Part shown: positions 19,868 to 29,010 of the stretch, in pieces
How positions within the stretch are numbered: position 1 is the first letter of the stretch
How the letters are laid out: every line of letters begins with the position of its first letter
From: Candidatus Hadarchaeota archaeon
Lineage (GTDB): Archaea; Hadarchaeota; Hadarchaeia; Hadarchaeales; JAWBSP01
Direction: 5' to 3'
DNA: 60,875 nucleotides
NCBI GenBank assembly: GCA_964474885.1
Contig: CAYYWO010000005.1
Location: forward strand, 1-60,875
Translations under genes and position numbers: made by a program
The notes under the pieces: generated by a model
Seen by the model: only the letters and a program-made list of their open reading frames with translations
What the model was told of the DNA's origin: nothing
The model's database searches: none

Positions 19868-20290
19868 TCACCCTCTCCTGCAGCTGGTGTTCTCGAAAAT
19901 TCTCTTACCGCATGGACATTTGCTAGGATGCCCGTACTTCCTGCAAATTGCATTTGCGAGTCTGGATGAAAGGAAGTAGTCCAGTCTGGACGCTTCTTGA
20001 CAGGCAGTTTTCACATCATAGCCCAAAAAGTTAACGAAAAGAACCTCTAGTAGTCTGTGACCTCTGAGCAGGTTTTTCCCGACCTTGAGTCCTCTTCGTG
20101 TCAGCTTAAGCTCTTTATACCGCCTATACTCAATCATCCCCTTCTTACCGAGAGCGCGCAGAATTTCTGTGACACTCGCTGGTTTTATCCCAAGCCTTCT
20201 AGCCAAGGTTGTAGTCCGGGGTTTCTCCCCCTCTTCCAGCATACGCATAATTTGGAGCAAGTATTTCGCCTCCGCCCTCGTGAGCATCAA
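19868..20290 (-). CDS. DtxR/MntR-family metal-dependent repressor
   Basis: LARRLGIKPASVTE, HRLLEVL, CPCG C-terminal motif. Confidence 0.9.
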   Translation of the reverse strand: MMLTRAEAKYLLQIMRMLEEGEKPRTTTLARRLGIKPASVTEILRALGKKGMIEYRRYKELKLTRRGLKVGKNLLRGHRLLEVLFVNFLGYDVKTACQEASRLDYFLSSRLANAICRKYGHPSKCPCGKRIFENTSCRRG

Positions 20291-20294
20291 AAAA

Positions 20295-20311
20295 TTTAGG
20301 AAATACCTAAA
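20295..20311. promoter_or_regulatory. DtxR-family operator (5-nt spacer)
   Basis: TTTAGG-AAATA-CCTAAA palindrome 4 nt upstream of the repressor start. Confidence 0.75.
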
Positions 20312-20312
20312 A

Positions 20313-20606
20313 TTACAGTTTTTCCAGAACAGCCTTGACTTTATCCTCCCCTCTCCGTGGCTTGTCCCGCCTGTCGTCTATCACAAGAAAAGTAACGGCT
20401 CGATCGCAGGCCTGCATCACGGCCTCATGCATTTCTTTGGCCAAACCCAAGAGCTCCCCTAGCTCACCCTCCAAGACGGTTCCAGTGGGTGTCAGTTTAA
20501 AATCGACTCCTTTCTCCTTCAGGACCCTAACTGCCGCGGCTATGATCCTGCTCACGGAGGTCCCCTTTCCCATAGGTATAATCGTAACTTGCATGATTGC
20601 CATCAA
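20313..20606 (-). CDS. MTH1187/thiamine-binding family protein
   Basis: TIIPMGKGTSVS, LTPTGTVLEG, IDDRRDK. Confidence 0.88.
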   Translation of the reverse strand: MMAIMQVTIIPMGKGTSVSRIIAAAVRVLKEKGVDFKLTPTGTVLEGELGELLGLAKEMHEAVMQACDRAVTFLVIDDRRDKPRRGEDKVKAVLEKL

Positions 20607-20624
20607 TTTGAAAAAGAGAATCCA

Positions 20625-21638
20625 TTAAACCACTCTCAGGATTGCTCGAATCTTTTTAGCAACCTCAGCCGCCGAATTCTTCAACACGTATGCGGCCGCA
20701 CTCCTCTTGACATGCGACCTGAAGTCCTCATCCTCTATCAACCTCTTGAGTTTGTACATCAAGTCGTTGACGTCCCTGAACTTCACAACTTCCTCACCGT
20801 GCAACTCGAAGTGTCGGGTGAAGGGTACAACACTAGGAACCAGGGAGCCCAAACACTGACATAGGGTCGACGACACAACCACTCCCGCCGTATCACCTTT
20901 CGGGATGAGGTGGATATCATTTCTGTGGAGTACCTCATAGACTTGCTGAGTTGTTTGTAATCTCCTCCTCTCCTGCCTCAGCCAAGGATATGTCTGAGAC
21001 AGTTCACCGTTGGATCTTATGACCAAATACTGGAAGTCATAGGTTTTACTCAGCTCCTGTAGCGCTTGGAAGAAAGGAACAAACTCTCCAACCGGTTGCC
21101 TGCCGAAGCTTATGAGCTTTATCCCATCCTCTGCAAAAGTTCTTGTCCCCGGCGACAGCGGAAAACAGGGGTAAGGTACTATGCTTACCTTGCTGGTCTT
21201 TGGTAGGATCTCCTTGTACCTGTGGTCGAAGATGAGGATCCTGTCGAAGCGATTTATGTCTTTATATCGTATGTCCCGACTGAATCCCTCGTGGATTATT
21301 ACAAGGGATGGTACACCTCTCCTATGCAGGAGGTCTACCAGCCTCTCGACATCACGCTGGGGGAGCTGCCGGTAAGACTCAACTATTAGGGCATCCAGCT
21401 CTTCCGTGGGGATCCTCCCAAAATCCAGTCTGCCTTCCTCACCCTCGGGTGTGCTCTCCCAGTAACAGCGGATCACATACTCCTCATCCTCCCTCAGCGT
21501 CTTGTGGTGCCACCAGCGACTTGCGGATTCCACGTAGGGAGCTAGAATTCTGACATCGCCCAAATACGGGGCTATGAGTTCCGCGTGCATGGAGATACCA
21601 CATGTCGCCCCCCACCTCGAGAGGATGCCAATCGCCAT
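20625..21638 (-). CDS. Glycosyltransferase-like protein (GT-B/GT4-like)
   Basis: SRWGATCGISMHAE N-terminus, SFGRQ, VVVSSTLCQCLGS. Confidence 0.6.
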   Translation of the reverse strand: MAIGILSRWGATCGISMHAELIAPYLGDVRILAPYVESASRWWHHKTLREDEEYVIRCYWESTPEGEEGRLDFGRIPTEELDALIVESYRQLPQRDVERLVDLLHRRGVPSLVIIHEGFSRDIRYKDINRFDRILIFDHRYKEILPKTSKVSIVPYPCFPLSPGTRTFAEDGIKLISFGRQPVGEFVPFFQALQELSKTYDFQYLVIRSNGELSQTYPWLRQERRRLQTTQQVYEVLHRNDIHLIPKGDTAGVVVSSTLCQCLGSLVPSVVPFTRHFELHGEEVVKFRDVNDLMYKLKRLIEDEDFRSHVKRSAAAYVLKNSAAEVAKKIRAILRVV

Positions 21639-21690
21639 AAAATTCTATACCTTCAAGCGTTTGACCTTGCCGATCCCAATGAACGAAAGC

Positions 21691-22458
21691 TCAGTCGGTT
21701 CTCTTTAGTTTCCTCAGCTTCTTTCTCCCAACCACACTTGCGACCGCGGGTTTGCTGGCTCTGTATACTGAGATGAAAGGCAGGTCCTGAAAGGATCTCT
21801 CTATGCCTCTCAGCTCACGCCGTGAAAGAGGAGGAACGGAGCTGGGGCGGAGGGGTGTGTTTATCTGCACCTCATCGGGCGCGATCTCCCTCAGCAGGCT
21901 GGCCAGCTCCTCCGCAAAATCCTTGTTTTCCTTCACAAACATCACCTCTATCGCGAGCTTCCCCGAAAACTCCTCCCTGAGCTTCCGGATGCCTTGGAGA
22001 ACCCGGGTCAGGCGAATGCTCTCATGCGGCCTGGTAATTCTCGTGAAAACACTTTCCCTAGGTGCATCCACCTTCCCCTTGACTATGTCCGCCTTGAGAA
22101 GGTCTCGCCTGACCTCCCTGCTCATCCAAGTAGAGGAATTGCTCAGAACTGCAACTGGCAGGTCGCAGATTTCTCTCACCCGGTCGATCAGTTCACCCAA
22201 GTTTCTGGCTAGCGTCGGCTCTCCCGTGCCCGAGAAAGTCACCACATCCGCTTTTACCACCCTGAGGGCCCGCTTCAGCTCCTCCTCAAGGAGGTCTGCC
22301 GGGACGTAAACTTCTCTCTCCACGGTTTTTCTCTCAGTTCTGCCGAGTGAGCAATAGATACAGTCAAACGAGCAAACCTTCCTTTCAGAACATATCGGAT
22401 CTATACCGAGGGATCTGCCCAGCCTCCAAGATGAAACGGGGCCGTAGACTACTTCCAT
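21691..22458 (-). CDS. Radical SAM protein (COG0731-like)
   Basis: YGPVSSWRLGRSLG, CSFDCIYC, SGTGEPTL, QINTPLRP. Confidence 0.88.
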   Translation of the reverse strand: MEVVYGPVSSWRLGRSLGIDPICSERKVCSFDCIYCSLGRTERKTVEREVYVPADLLEEELKRALRVVKADVVTFSGTGEPTLARNLGELIDRVREICDLPVAVLSNSSTWMSREVRRDLLKADIVKGKVDAPRESVFTRITRPHESIRLTRVLQGIRKLREEFSGKLAIEVMFVKENKDFAEELASLLREIAPDEVQINTPLRPSSVPPLSRRELRGIERSFQDLPFISVYRASKPAVASVVGRKKLRKLKRTD

Positions 22459-23282
22459 CCTGCAACAATCCTTTCGATCCGGTCAGCAATGGCTACCAGA
22501 GCTTCCGTGGAAGGGGAGTGCGGATGCTGCAGAACAAAGGGCCTGCCCTCATCCGAGTCCTTGCAGATCACTTGATCGAGGGGTATCTTTCCCAAGAAGG
22601 TCAAACCCAACTCGGCAGCTAACTTCTCCCCACCTCCCTCCCCCAGAACCTCAAACCTCGCGCCGCATTTCGGACAGACAAAACCGCTCATGTTTTCCAC
22701 CACGCCTATCACGCGCGATCCCACACGATTGACAAATCGTACTGCTCTCCGGACCACTATCTGGGAGACTTCAGAGGGAGCGGTCACCATTACAACTCCA
22801 TCTAGATCCTGTATCAGCTGTACAATGCTCAGGGCTTCATCCCCGGTGCCCGGCGGTAGGTCGATTAGCAACCAGTCCATCTCCCCCCACTCCACGTCTG
22901 AAAGAAACTGTCTGATCGCGACGCTCTTCAGGGGCCCCCTCCAGATCACGGGTGTGTCGCTTGACGGGAGCATGAGATCCATCGAGACGATCTTTATCTG
23001 CAGCGGGCCGATCAGGGGGGATATTTTGTTCTCGTCCGTGACGCCTAGCTTCTGTCCCCTCAAGCCAAAAAGCTTGGGGATGGTGGGACCATGTATATCC
23101 GCATCCAAAATCCCCGCTCTGTAGCCCTTTCTAGCAAAGACCACCGCCAGATTGGCGGTGACCGTGCTCTTTCCAACACCACCCTTACCGCTCAGAATTG
23201 CCACTTTGTGCCGAATCTTCTTCATAGAGTCCTTAATACGTTGCTCCTGCTCCAAAAACTCCTGAACCCGAGATTCCTGCAT
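22449..23282 (-). CDS. mrp: Mrp/NBP35 (ApbC) Fe-S cluster carrier ATPase
   Basis: SGKGGVGKS, DADIHGPTIP, WRGP, DLPPGTGD, ENMS..CPKC. Confidence 0.95.
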   Translation of the reverse strand: MQESRVQEFLEQEQRIKDSMKKIRHKVAILSGKGGVGKSTVTANLAVVFARKGYRAGILDADIHGPTIPKLFGLRGQKLGVTDENKISPLIGPLQIKIVSMDLMLPSSDTPVIWRGPLKSVAIRQFLSDVEWGEMDWLLIDLPPGTGDEALSIVQLIQDLDGVVMVTAPSEVSQIVVRRAVRFVNRVGSRVIGVVENMSGFVCPKCGARFEVLGEGGGEKLAAELGLTFLGKIPLDQVICKDSDEGRPFVLQHPHSPSTEALVAIADRIERIVAGWK

Positions 23283-23284
23283 CT

Positions 23285-23304
23285 TTTTTGGCGATTGCTC
23301 GAAA
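23285..23304. promoter_or_regulatory. Candidate operator upstream of mrp
   Basis: TTTTTGGCGATTGCTCGAAA, 13/20 identical to the site at 31573-31592 and similarly placed at the start codon. Confidence 0.3.
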
Positions 23305-23377
23305 TAAATTCACCACTTTTCCCATATTGGCAAATCAAATTGGAAAACGTCAGATTAAATTAACGGGTATTAGAAAT

Positions 23378-23788
23378 TCACCACCTCTTCCTCGCAAAGT
23401 ACACCACAACCGCGGAAAATGGAAGTAAGTAGATTGCAGGGATATAAGGAGGTTGCCAGACGCTGAGAAAACCCCCTGAATTCGCCCACCCTTCTTCTCC
23501 CCAGATCGGAGTTAGCAGTCTCGACAAGATATCACAACCTGCCACTATCCAGAGCATCATGCAACCAAGCAGTATCAGACCGAGACCATGTATATTTGGC
23601 AATTTCGTTGAGCCAGCAAAAACAAATGCGCCAGCAAAAGACAGGATGATCCCCGTCCAAAGATCCGCTGGAATGACCAGTGCGCCTACGGAGAACTCGT
23701 TTTTCAGGCAGGCAACCAACTGCAGGATTCCGAAAATCAGCATGACAGCACCCAAGAGAGCGAAATAGAATGCAGTTGCCCGCCTCAT
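23378..23788 (-). CDS. Hypothetical 4-TM membrane protein in the feo operon
   Basis: Hydrophobic; ATGA-coupled to the FeoB membrane domain. Confidence 0.7.
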   Translation of the reverse strand: MRRATAFYFALLGAVMLIFGILQLVACLKNEFSVGALVIPADLWTGIILSFAGAFVFAGSTKLPNIHGLGLILLGCMMLWIVAGCDILSRLLTPIWGEEGWANSGGFLSVWQPPYIPAIYLLPFSAVVVYFARKRW

Positions 23789-25029
23789 ATTCCTGCCACC
23801 GTCACTATTGCTCTCATCAGGCCTCCGAAAACGAAGAAGCAAACGATCATCACTCCCACCGCCTTCAGAAGATCGACTACGCCCCCCTCCTTCCATAGCA
23901 TGATGAAGGTTGCAAGGCAGGGGAAGTAAATCGACACCAAAACAACTGAAACAAGAAGCTGACCCAAGGTTAGTACACCCTGCTCTGCAAGCCCGCCCAG
24001 CATGCCCGTGGCCATGTCTTTCCTAAGAAATGCCATCACCAGCGGCCCCGTTGTCTCCTTGGGTACTCCAAACCAGTTTACGAAGACGGGCTCAAGCAAG
24101 TCAGACAGCCAGTCGATCACCCCGAACCAGTACAATACGTTCACCACCAAGCAGCCCAGCAGGACGAAGGGGAGGGCGACTCTAAAGAAACTCCTCGCGC
24201 GGAGTTGCATCTTCATGAAGACATCCTTGGACTTCGGAGATCTGTAGGGAGGGACATCCAGCAGGATGGCGGGGGACCGGCCGGGTACGAGCTTATCCAA
24301 GAGGGCACCCACCACAAAAAAGCCGAAGAACAGATACAGCAGGATCCATCCCGTGTACTGGGGGACTAGGGCTTGCATCACGCCTATCTGGGCACCACAG
24401 GGGATGAAAATCCCCAGCAGGGTAAGCATCATGAACCTCTGCTTCCGCGTCTCGAGCACTCGGCAAGCGCTGCAACCTGGGACGTTGCAACCTAGGGAGA
24501 GAATTGTTGGGACGATGGCAAAACCGTGCAGGCCGATTCTGTGGAAAATATTATCGACCAGTACCGCCAGCCTGGGGAGATAACCACAGTCCTCGAGCAC
24601 CGTCAGCATGAGATAGAAGGCAACTATTGCTGGGAGAACTATTCCAAACGGTACGAAAAGGCCGCTCGTCAGCACACCGAAGGCTTCCAAGCAGCTGCCT
24701 GCCTCTGGATCTCCTACCAGAATAGCATATGCCGCACTACACTGATCGATGGTAGGTCCGCCACCGGGGAACTTGCTCTGCAGGGCTGGCAGGTAATACT
24801 CGTCGAAAAGTGGAACAAAGATTCCATCCGTGAAGAAGCCAGCAAAAGCACAGAAGAAGGCCCAGAAGCCGTACAGGACCGCTATCGCGAACGGGATGCC
24901 AGTCAGGGGTCTGACAGTCAAGTCAGATAGAACGTCCCTGAGCGTATGCCGGTACTCCTCCCGTAAGACTACCCTCTCACATATCTCGTCGATCAGCTTC
25001 CAACGCTCATCGGGGGTCAGATGCCTCAT
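23785..25029 (-). CDS. feoB: Ferrous iron transporter FeoB, membrane domain
   Basis: LEDCGYLPRLA, GCNVP, FIPCGAQ, DVPPYR, IYFPCLAT. Confidence 0.92.
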   Translation of the reverse strand: MRHLTPDERWKLIDEICERVVLREEYRHTLRDVLSDLTVRPLTGIPFAIAVLYGFWAFFCAFAGFFTDGIFVPLFDEYYLPALQSKFPGGGPTIDQCSAAYAILVGDPEAGSCLEAFGVLTSGLFVPFGIVLPAIVAFYLMLTVLEDCGYLPRLAVLVDNIFHRIGLHGFAIVPTILSLGCNVPGCSACRVLETRKQRFMMLTLLGIFIPCGAQIGVMQALVPQYTGWILLYLFFGFFVVGALLDKLVPGRSPAILLDVPPYRSPKSKDVFMKMQLRARSFFRVALPFVLLGCLVVNVLYWFGVIDWLSDLLEPVFVNWFGVPKETTGPLVMAFLRKDMATGMLGGLAEQGVLTLGQLLVSVVLVSIYFPCLATFIMLWKEGGVVDLLKAVGVMIVCFFVFGGLMRAIVTVAGI

Positions 25030-25565
25030 TTCTTCAGCCTCCCCAACCTCCGCCTGATCTCACGCAGATCCGCGGGTTTTGCCTCGAGAATCCTCGACGC
25101 CAGCTCCTTCAGTCCGCTCCCCGTGGTTGCAACCGTCTCAACAACAGGCACCCCTAGGATCTGTTCCAGCTTCCGTGCATCTATCCTTATCCCCCTATCC
25201 CTAGCCTCGTCTGACATGTTCAGGGCTACAACCACCGGATAACCATGCTCGATCAGCTCGAGGGTCAAGTAAAGCCCCCGCTCAATCGCCGTGGCATCCA
25301 CCACTGCTACCACGGCGGCCACATTCGACCTCTCCTTCTCGAGGATTTCTCTCGTCACTTCCTCAGCCTTGTCCTTGGGTTCCAGCGAGAAAGCCCCCGG
25401 CAAGTCTATCAGCTCGAACTCTTCACCTCCCAGATGCATCCGGCTCGTGGTGAAATCAACCGTGGTCCCTGGGTAGTTCGAGATGACGGTCTTGGCCCCA
25501 GAAAGCCTGTTGAAGAGCACACTTTTGCCGACATTTGGATTCCCAGCCAACAGTATTTTCCTCAT
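25026..25565 (-). CDS. feoB: FeoB N-terminal GTPase domain (separate gene)
   Basis: GNPNVGKS, NYPGTTV, DLPG, DAT, NMSD. Confidence 0.92.
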   Translation of the reverse strand: MRKILLAGNPNVGKSVLFNRLSGAKTVISNYPGTTVDFTTSRMHLGGEEFELIDLPGAFSLEPKDKAEEVTREILEKERSNVAAVVAVVDATAIERGLYLTLELIEHGYPVVVALNMSDEARDRGIRIDARKLEQILGVPVVETVATTGSGLKELASRILEAKPADLREIRRRLGRLKK

Positions 25566-25804
25566 CCCTCTACCTCCACCTGGATCAGCCGGGCGATCTC
25601 CCTGCCTATGGACGCCGTCCTCCCACGCACGATTACCGCCAGGGGCCCTTTCAGAGGTTGCCGTGCGCAGAGCTGTATTTTCTCCCCCACCCTTATGCCC
25701 ATGCCTGCCACTCTCTCCTTGATCGATGGGTCTATCTCACATATCCTGCCGGACTGCCCAGGTTTCATTTCCGCTAATTTTTTAGGCTTGCCTAAATTAG
25801 GCAT
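25562..25804 (-). CDS. feoA: FeoA family protein
   Basis: LAEMKPG, MGIRVG, PLKGP, IGREIA. Confidence 0.88.
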   Translation of the reverse strand: MPNLGKPKKLAEMKPGQSGRICEIDPSIKERVAGMGIRVGEKIQLCARQPLKGPLAVIVRGRTASIGREIARLIQVEVEG

Positions 25805-25810
25805 ACCTAA
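25782..25810. promoter_or_regulatory. Tandem DtxR-family operators (4-nt spacer)
   Basis: TTAGG-CTTG-CCTAA (25782-25795) and TTAGG-CATA-CCTAA (25797-25810) at the divergent feoA junction. Confidence 0.8.
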
Positions 25811-25835
25811 TTTTTAAGGTAGGTATTTAAGCCTT

Positions 25836-26087
25836 TTGGTGATGGAGGTGCAGCTCTCCCAACTGAAACCCGGAATGATCGGCCTTGTCGTCTCCATTGC
25901 TGGGGGCCAGGGGCTGAGACAGAAGCTTGCCCTTAGAGGTATAAGAGAAGGGAGCTGGGTGAGGGTTATCTCCTCCCTGAGGGGGCCAGTCGTTGTTGAG
26001 TGCCGAGAGAACCCAAGGAGTAGCGGGAATGTAGTAGCACTGGGGAGGGGAATCGCGCAAAAAATAACAGTCAGGGTGGGTTGGTGA
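25836..26087 (+). CDS. feoA: FeoA family protein
   Basis: LSQLKPG, RGIREG, GPVVV, VALGRGIA. Confidence 0.88.
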   Translation: MVMEVQLSQLKPGMIGLVVSIAGGQGLRQKLALRGIREGSWVRVISSLRGPVVVECRENPRSSGNVVALGRGIAQKITVRVGW

Positions 26088-26530
26088 AGGAGGAGCTGAG
26101 TTCGAACATCGAAGACTACTTAGAAGCCATATACCTGCTCCATAAAAGAACGGGAAGAGTCAGAATTTCAGACATCGCCTCCTTCCTCCGATTGAAGCCC
26201 CCAAGCGTCACAGAAATGCTGGAAAAGCTAAAGAAGAAGGGGTTGGTTCAGCACGAGAAGTATGGAGAGGTCTCTCTAACTCCCAGAGGCTTGCAAATAG
26301 CTGAGGAGATCTATACCAGACATCGGACCCTAGTTGATTTTCTCCTCCTCTTGGGAGTGAACCCTGAAACGGCAGAGCTCGATGCCTGCAAAATCGAGCA
26401 TGTTCTCAGCAGAAGAACTCTCAATAGGCTGAGGAAGTTCGTCGAGTTCCTCAATAGGAGCAAGTCTGAGTGGCTGAATCGTTTTACTCACTTCGTCAAA
26501 ACCGGAGAGTATCTCGTTCAGTCAGGGTAA
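26081..26530 (+). CDS. DtxR/IdeR-family metal-dependent repressor
   Basis: EDYLEAIY, PPSVTEML, RHRTL, DACKIEH. Confidence 0.92.
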   Translation: MVKEELSSNIEDYLEAIYLLHKRTGRVRISDIASFLRLKPPSVTEMLEKLKKKGLVQHEKYGEVSLTPRGLQIAEEIYTRHRTLVDFLLLLGVNPETAELDACKIEHVLSRRTLNRLRKFVEFLNRSKSEWLNRFTHFVKTGEYLVQSG

Positions 26531-26533
26531 TGG

Positions 26534-27895
26534 TTATCCGGATTTCAGCTTCCTTGCCGCGTCCTGTGCAGCCAAAACGAGCGGGTACAGGGTAGGAGCA
26601 GGGGTGAGATATGGGTGGGTTGCCATCTGAAATGTCTCCAAATCCGCTATGGTGAATCTCTTCTGGATTGCGACGCCTACGGCATTTATGAGTTCCCCGC
26701 AGGGGATGCCCCCCGCCACTTGGCCTCCGAGCAGAAAGCCGCCCTCCCTCGAGAAAACAAGCTTGACGATCGTTTTCTGAGCACCAGAAAGGGCGCCCGG
26801 ATGTTTGTCGACCGCTTCCGCCTTGCCCACCACGACGTCAAAGCCCTCCCTCCTTGCCTTGGTCTCCGTCAGCCCTGCCGATGCCAGCACGAGCCCGCTC
26901 ACATATGTCGAGAAGACGCCGATTGTTCCCTTCGCTTCCCGAAGAACCTTCAGTCCGTACAAGTTGGCACCTGCAATCCTCGCCTCGGCCGTTGCCACTG
27001 AAGCAAGCATAACTGGGGCGCCTTTCCGCGTAAAGAAGTCCCTCTTGCTAGCGCAGTCTCCCACCGCGAAGATATCCGAATCGACCGTCCTCATATACTC
27101 GTCCACCCATATACCCTTCCCGTCGAGCTCCAATCCCGCATCCAGAGCGAGCTGCGTGTTGGGTGTGAATCCAACTGCCAAAATCAGACAATCTGCCTCC
27201 AGCTCCTGACCGTTCGAAAGCCTAACTCCCCTAACCCTGTCCTCTCCTAGGATTTCTTCCACCTTCGTTCCGGTGAAGATCTTGACACCTTGGGCCCTTA
27301 GCTTATCCTCGGCCAGCTTGCAGAACTCGGGATCGAACGACAAAGGAAGCAAGTTCGAGAGCATCTCGATGATCGCCACCTCCATCCCCTGGAGCTTTGA
27401 GAGCTCATCCGCCACCTCGACACCTATGAACCCACCTCCTACTATAACCACTTTTTTGCACCTCTTCACCCGGTTGACCAATTCCACCAGGTAGTCTAGA
27501 TCTTTCTTGATGACATATATTCCATCCTTGCCCTCGAGACCGCGAATGGGTGGAACCACCGGCCTCGACCCGATCGCTAGGACCAGCTTCTCATAGTGGT
27601 ACTCGTCCCCCTTCTTCGTGTAGACGACTTTATTCTTTCGATCTATCTTCACAGCCTGATCCACTACCAGCTCGATCTCATTCTGCTCAAGGGAGGCATA
27701 GCTCATGGCATTCTGCTCTGGCTTCTGCAGGCTGGCGAACATGTAGGGGATACCGCATGGAATGACTCCCTTCTCCACATCCCTCATGACCAGGATCTTC
27801 TTGTCAGGATAGTTCCAGCGGGCAGTTAATGCACAAACTATTCCGGCGGGACCAGCGCCGATAATTAAAACATCCGTGTCCTTCCTCATGATCAT
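26534..27895 (-). CDS. FAD-dependent pyridine nucleotide-disulfide oxidoreductase (CoA-disulfide reductase/NADH oxidase family)
   Basis: GAGPAG, PCGIPY redox Cys, GGGFIGVE, FAVGDC. Confidence 0.88.
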   Translation of the reverse strand: MIMRKDTDVLIIGAGPAGIVCALTARWNYPDKKILVMRDVEKGVIPCGIPYMFASLQKPEQNAMSYASLEQNEIELVVDQAVKIDRKNKVVYTKKGDEYHYEKLVLAIGSRPVVPPIRGLEGKDGIYVIKKDLDYLVELVNRVKRCKKVVIVGGGFIGVEVADELSKLQGMEVAIIEMLSNLLPLSFDPEFCKLAEDKLRAQGVKIFTGTKVEEILGEDRVRGVRLSNGQELEADCLILAVGFTPNTQLALDAGLELDGKGIWVDEYMRTVDSDIFAVGDCASKRDFFTRKGAPVMLASVATAEARIAGANLYGLKVLREAKGTIGVFSTYVSGLVLASAGLTETKARREGFDVVVGKAEAVDKHPGALSGAQKTIVKLVFSREGGFLLGGQVAGGIPCGELINAVGVAIQKRFTIADLETFQMATHPYLTPAPTLYPLVLAAQDAARKLKSG

Positions 27896-27925
27896 GGAGC
27901 TTTCTGATTCAGTTTAAAAGCTTTG

Positions 27926-28117
27926 CTATCGCACCCAAGGCGGGCCTCCCCGACCGCCCCGACCACCTGGTGGACCTTTATCCTCCCTGTGAATCATTGT
28001 AGCCGGTGCACCACACCTTGGGCACACAGCTGGTTTCGGCATGCCTTGAGGGACTTCAATAATGTTTCCGCAGGCGAAGCACCTGAATCTCTTTGTGGGA
28101 ACTGAACCCGGGTTCAT
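27926..28117 (-). CDS. Small Zn/Fe-ribbon protein with Gly/Arg tail
   Basis: CFAC..CPRC, IHRED..GGRGGRGG; ATGA-coupled. Confidence 0.75.
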   Translation of the reverse strand: MNPGSVPTKRFRCFACGNIIEVPQGMPKPAVCPRCGAPATMIHREDKGPPGGRGGRGGPPWVR

Positions 28118-29010
28118 TTCCTAATCAGCTTTTCTGCTATAAACCCGGCGAGTTGCTGAAAAGCTTGAGAAGACGGGGCACTTGGATGTCTCTCCACAAC
28201 GGGCTCCCCTTTGACGTATGCCTCCCACAGCCTTTCGTCCAATGGTATCTCGGCGACGAGCTGCACGCCCCGTTTGCTTACCGCCGATCTCACCTGATCC
28301 CTCAGGCCACCCCGGATGTCAGCCTTGTTTAGCACCACCATAGCGGGGAGATTCAGCTCCTGTGCTAGATCCAGTATGAAGGCCAGGTCGTGAACGCCTA
28401 AGGGTGTGGGCTCGGTCACCACCAGTGCAGAGTCCGAGAACCAGAGGGGCTGTGCCACCGCGCAGTGGACACCTGGGGCCGTGTCAAAAATCGCCAAATC
28501 ATAGTTCCCTGTTTTCAGCTCATCCATCGCCTTCAGAACCGTTGCCCTAGCGACATAGGCGGATCTCACCTCAGCGGGCTTCAGCTCACCCGTTATGAGG
28601 CGGATCCCCTTCACCCACTGGAAGTAAAGCTTCCCCAAGAGTTTCGACCCCTCTGAGATGGCGCCCTGGGGGCAGACCACCATGCAGGCCCTGCAACCTG
28701 AGCAGAGCTCCTCAAAGAGCTTGGGCGTTTGACCCTCAAGCCCGACCAGAGCATGTTCAGGACAGGCCTCTACGCACTTCCTGCAACCGTTGCACTTGTC
28801 AGGATCCACCTCCGGCACGAACTGCCTGACCTCCTCTCCACAGTCCAGTTTTGTGCCCAAGAGGATTGCACAGCTTGGTCCGTCCACATCAACATCAGCC
28901 AAGAGCACTCTGAACCCCCTCTTGGAGAGCTCGACTGCTAAATTCACGGCCACCGTGCTCTTCCCGGTTCCTCCCTTCCCTCCGGTGACAGAGAGAATAG
29001 GCGTCTTCAC
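28114..29010 (-). CDS. MinD-family P-loop ATPase with inserted 2x[4Fe-4S] domain (COG1149)
   Basis: GGKGGTGKS, CNGCRKCVEACP, CSGCRACMVVCP, VTEPTPLG. Confidence 0.9.
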   Translation of the reverse strand: MKTPILSVTGGKGGTGKSTVAVNLAVELSKRGFRVLLADVDVDGPSCAILLGTKLDCGEEVRQFVPEVDPDKCNGCRKCVEACPEHALVGLEGQTPKLFEELCSGCRACMVVCPQGAISEGSKLLGKLYFQWVKGIRLITGELKPAEVRSAYVARATVLKAMDELKTGNYDLAIFDTAPGVHCAVAQPLWFSDSALVVTEPTPLGVHDLAFILDLAQELNLPAMVVLNKADIRGGLRDQVRSAVSKRGVQLVAEIPLDERLWEAYVKGEPVVERHPSAPSSQAFQQLAGFIAEKLIRK

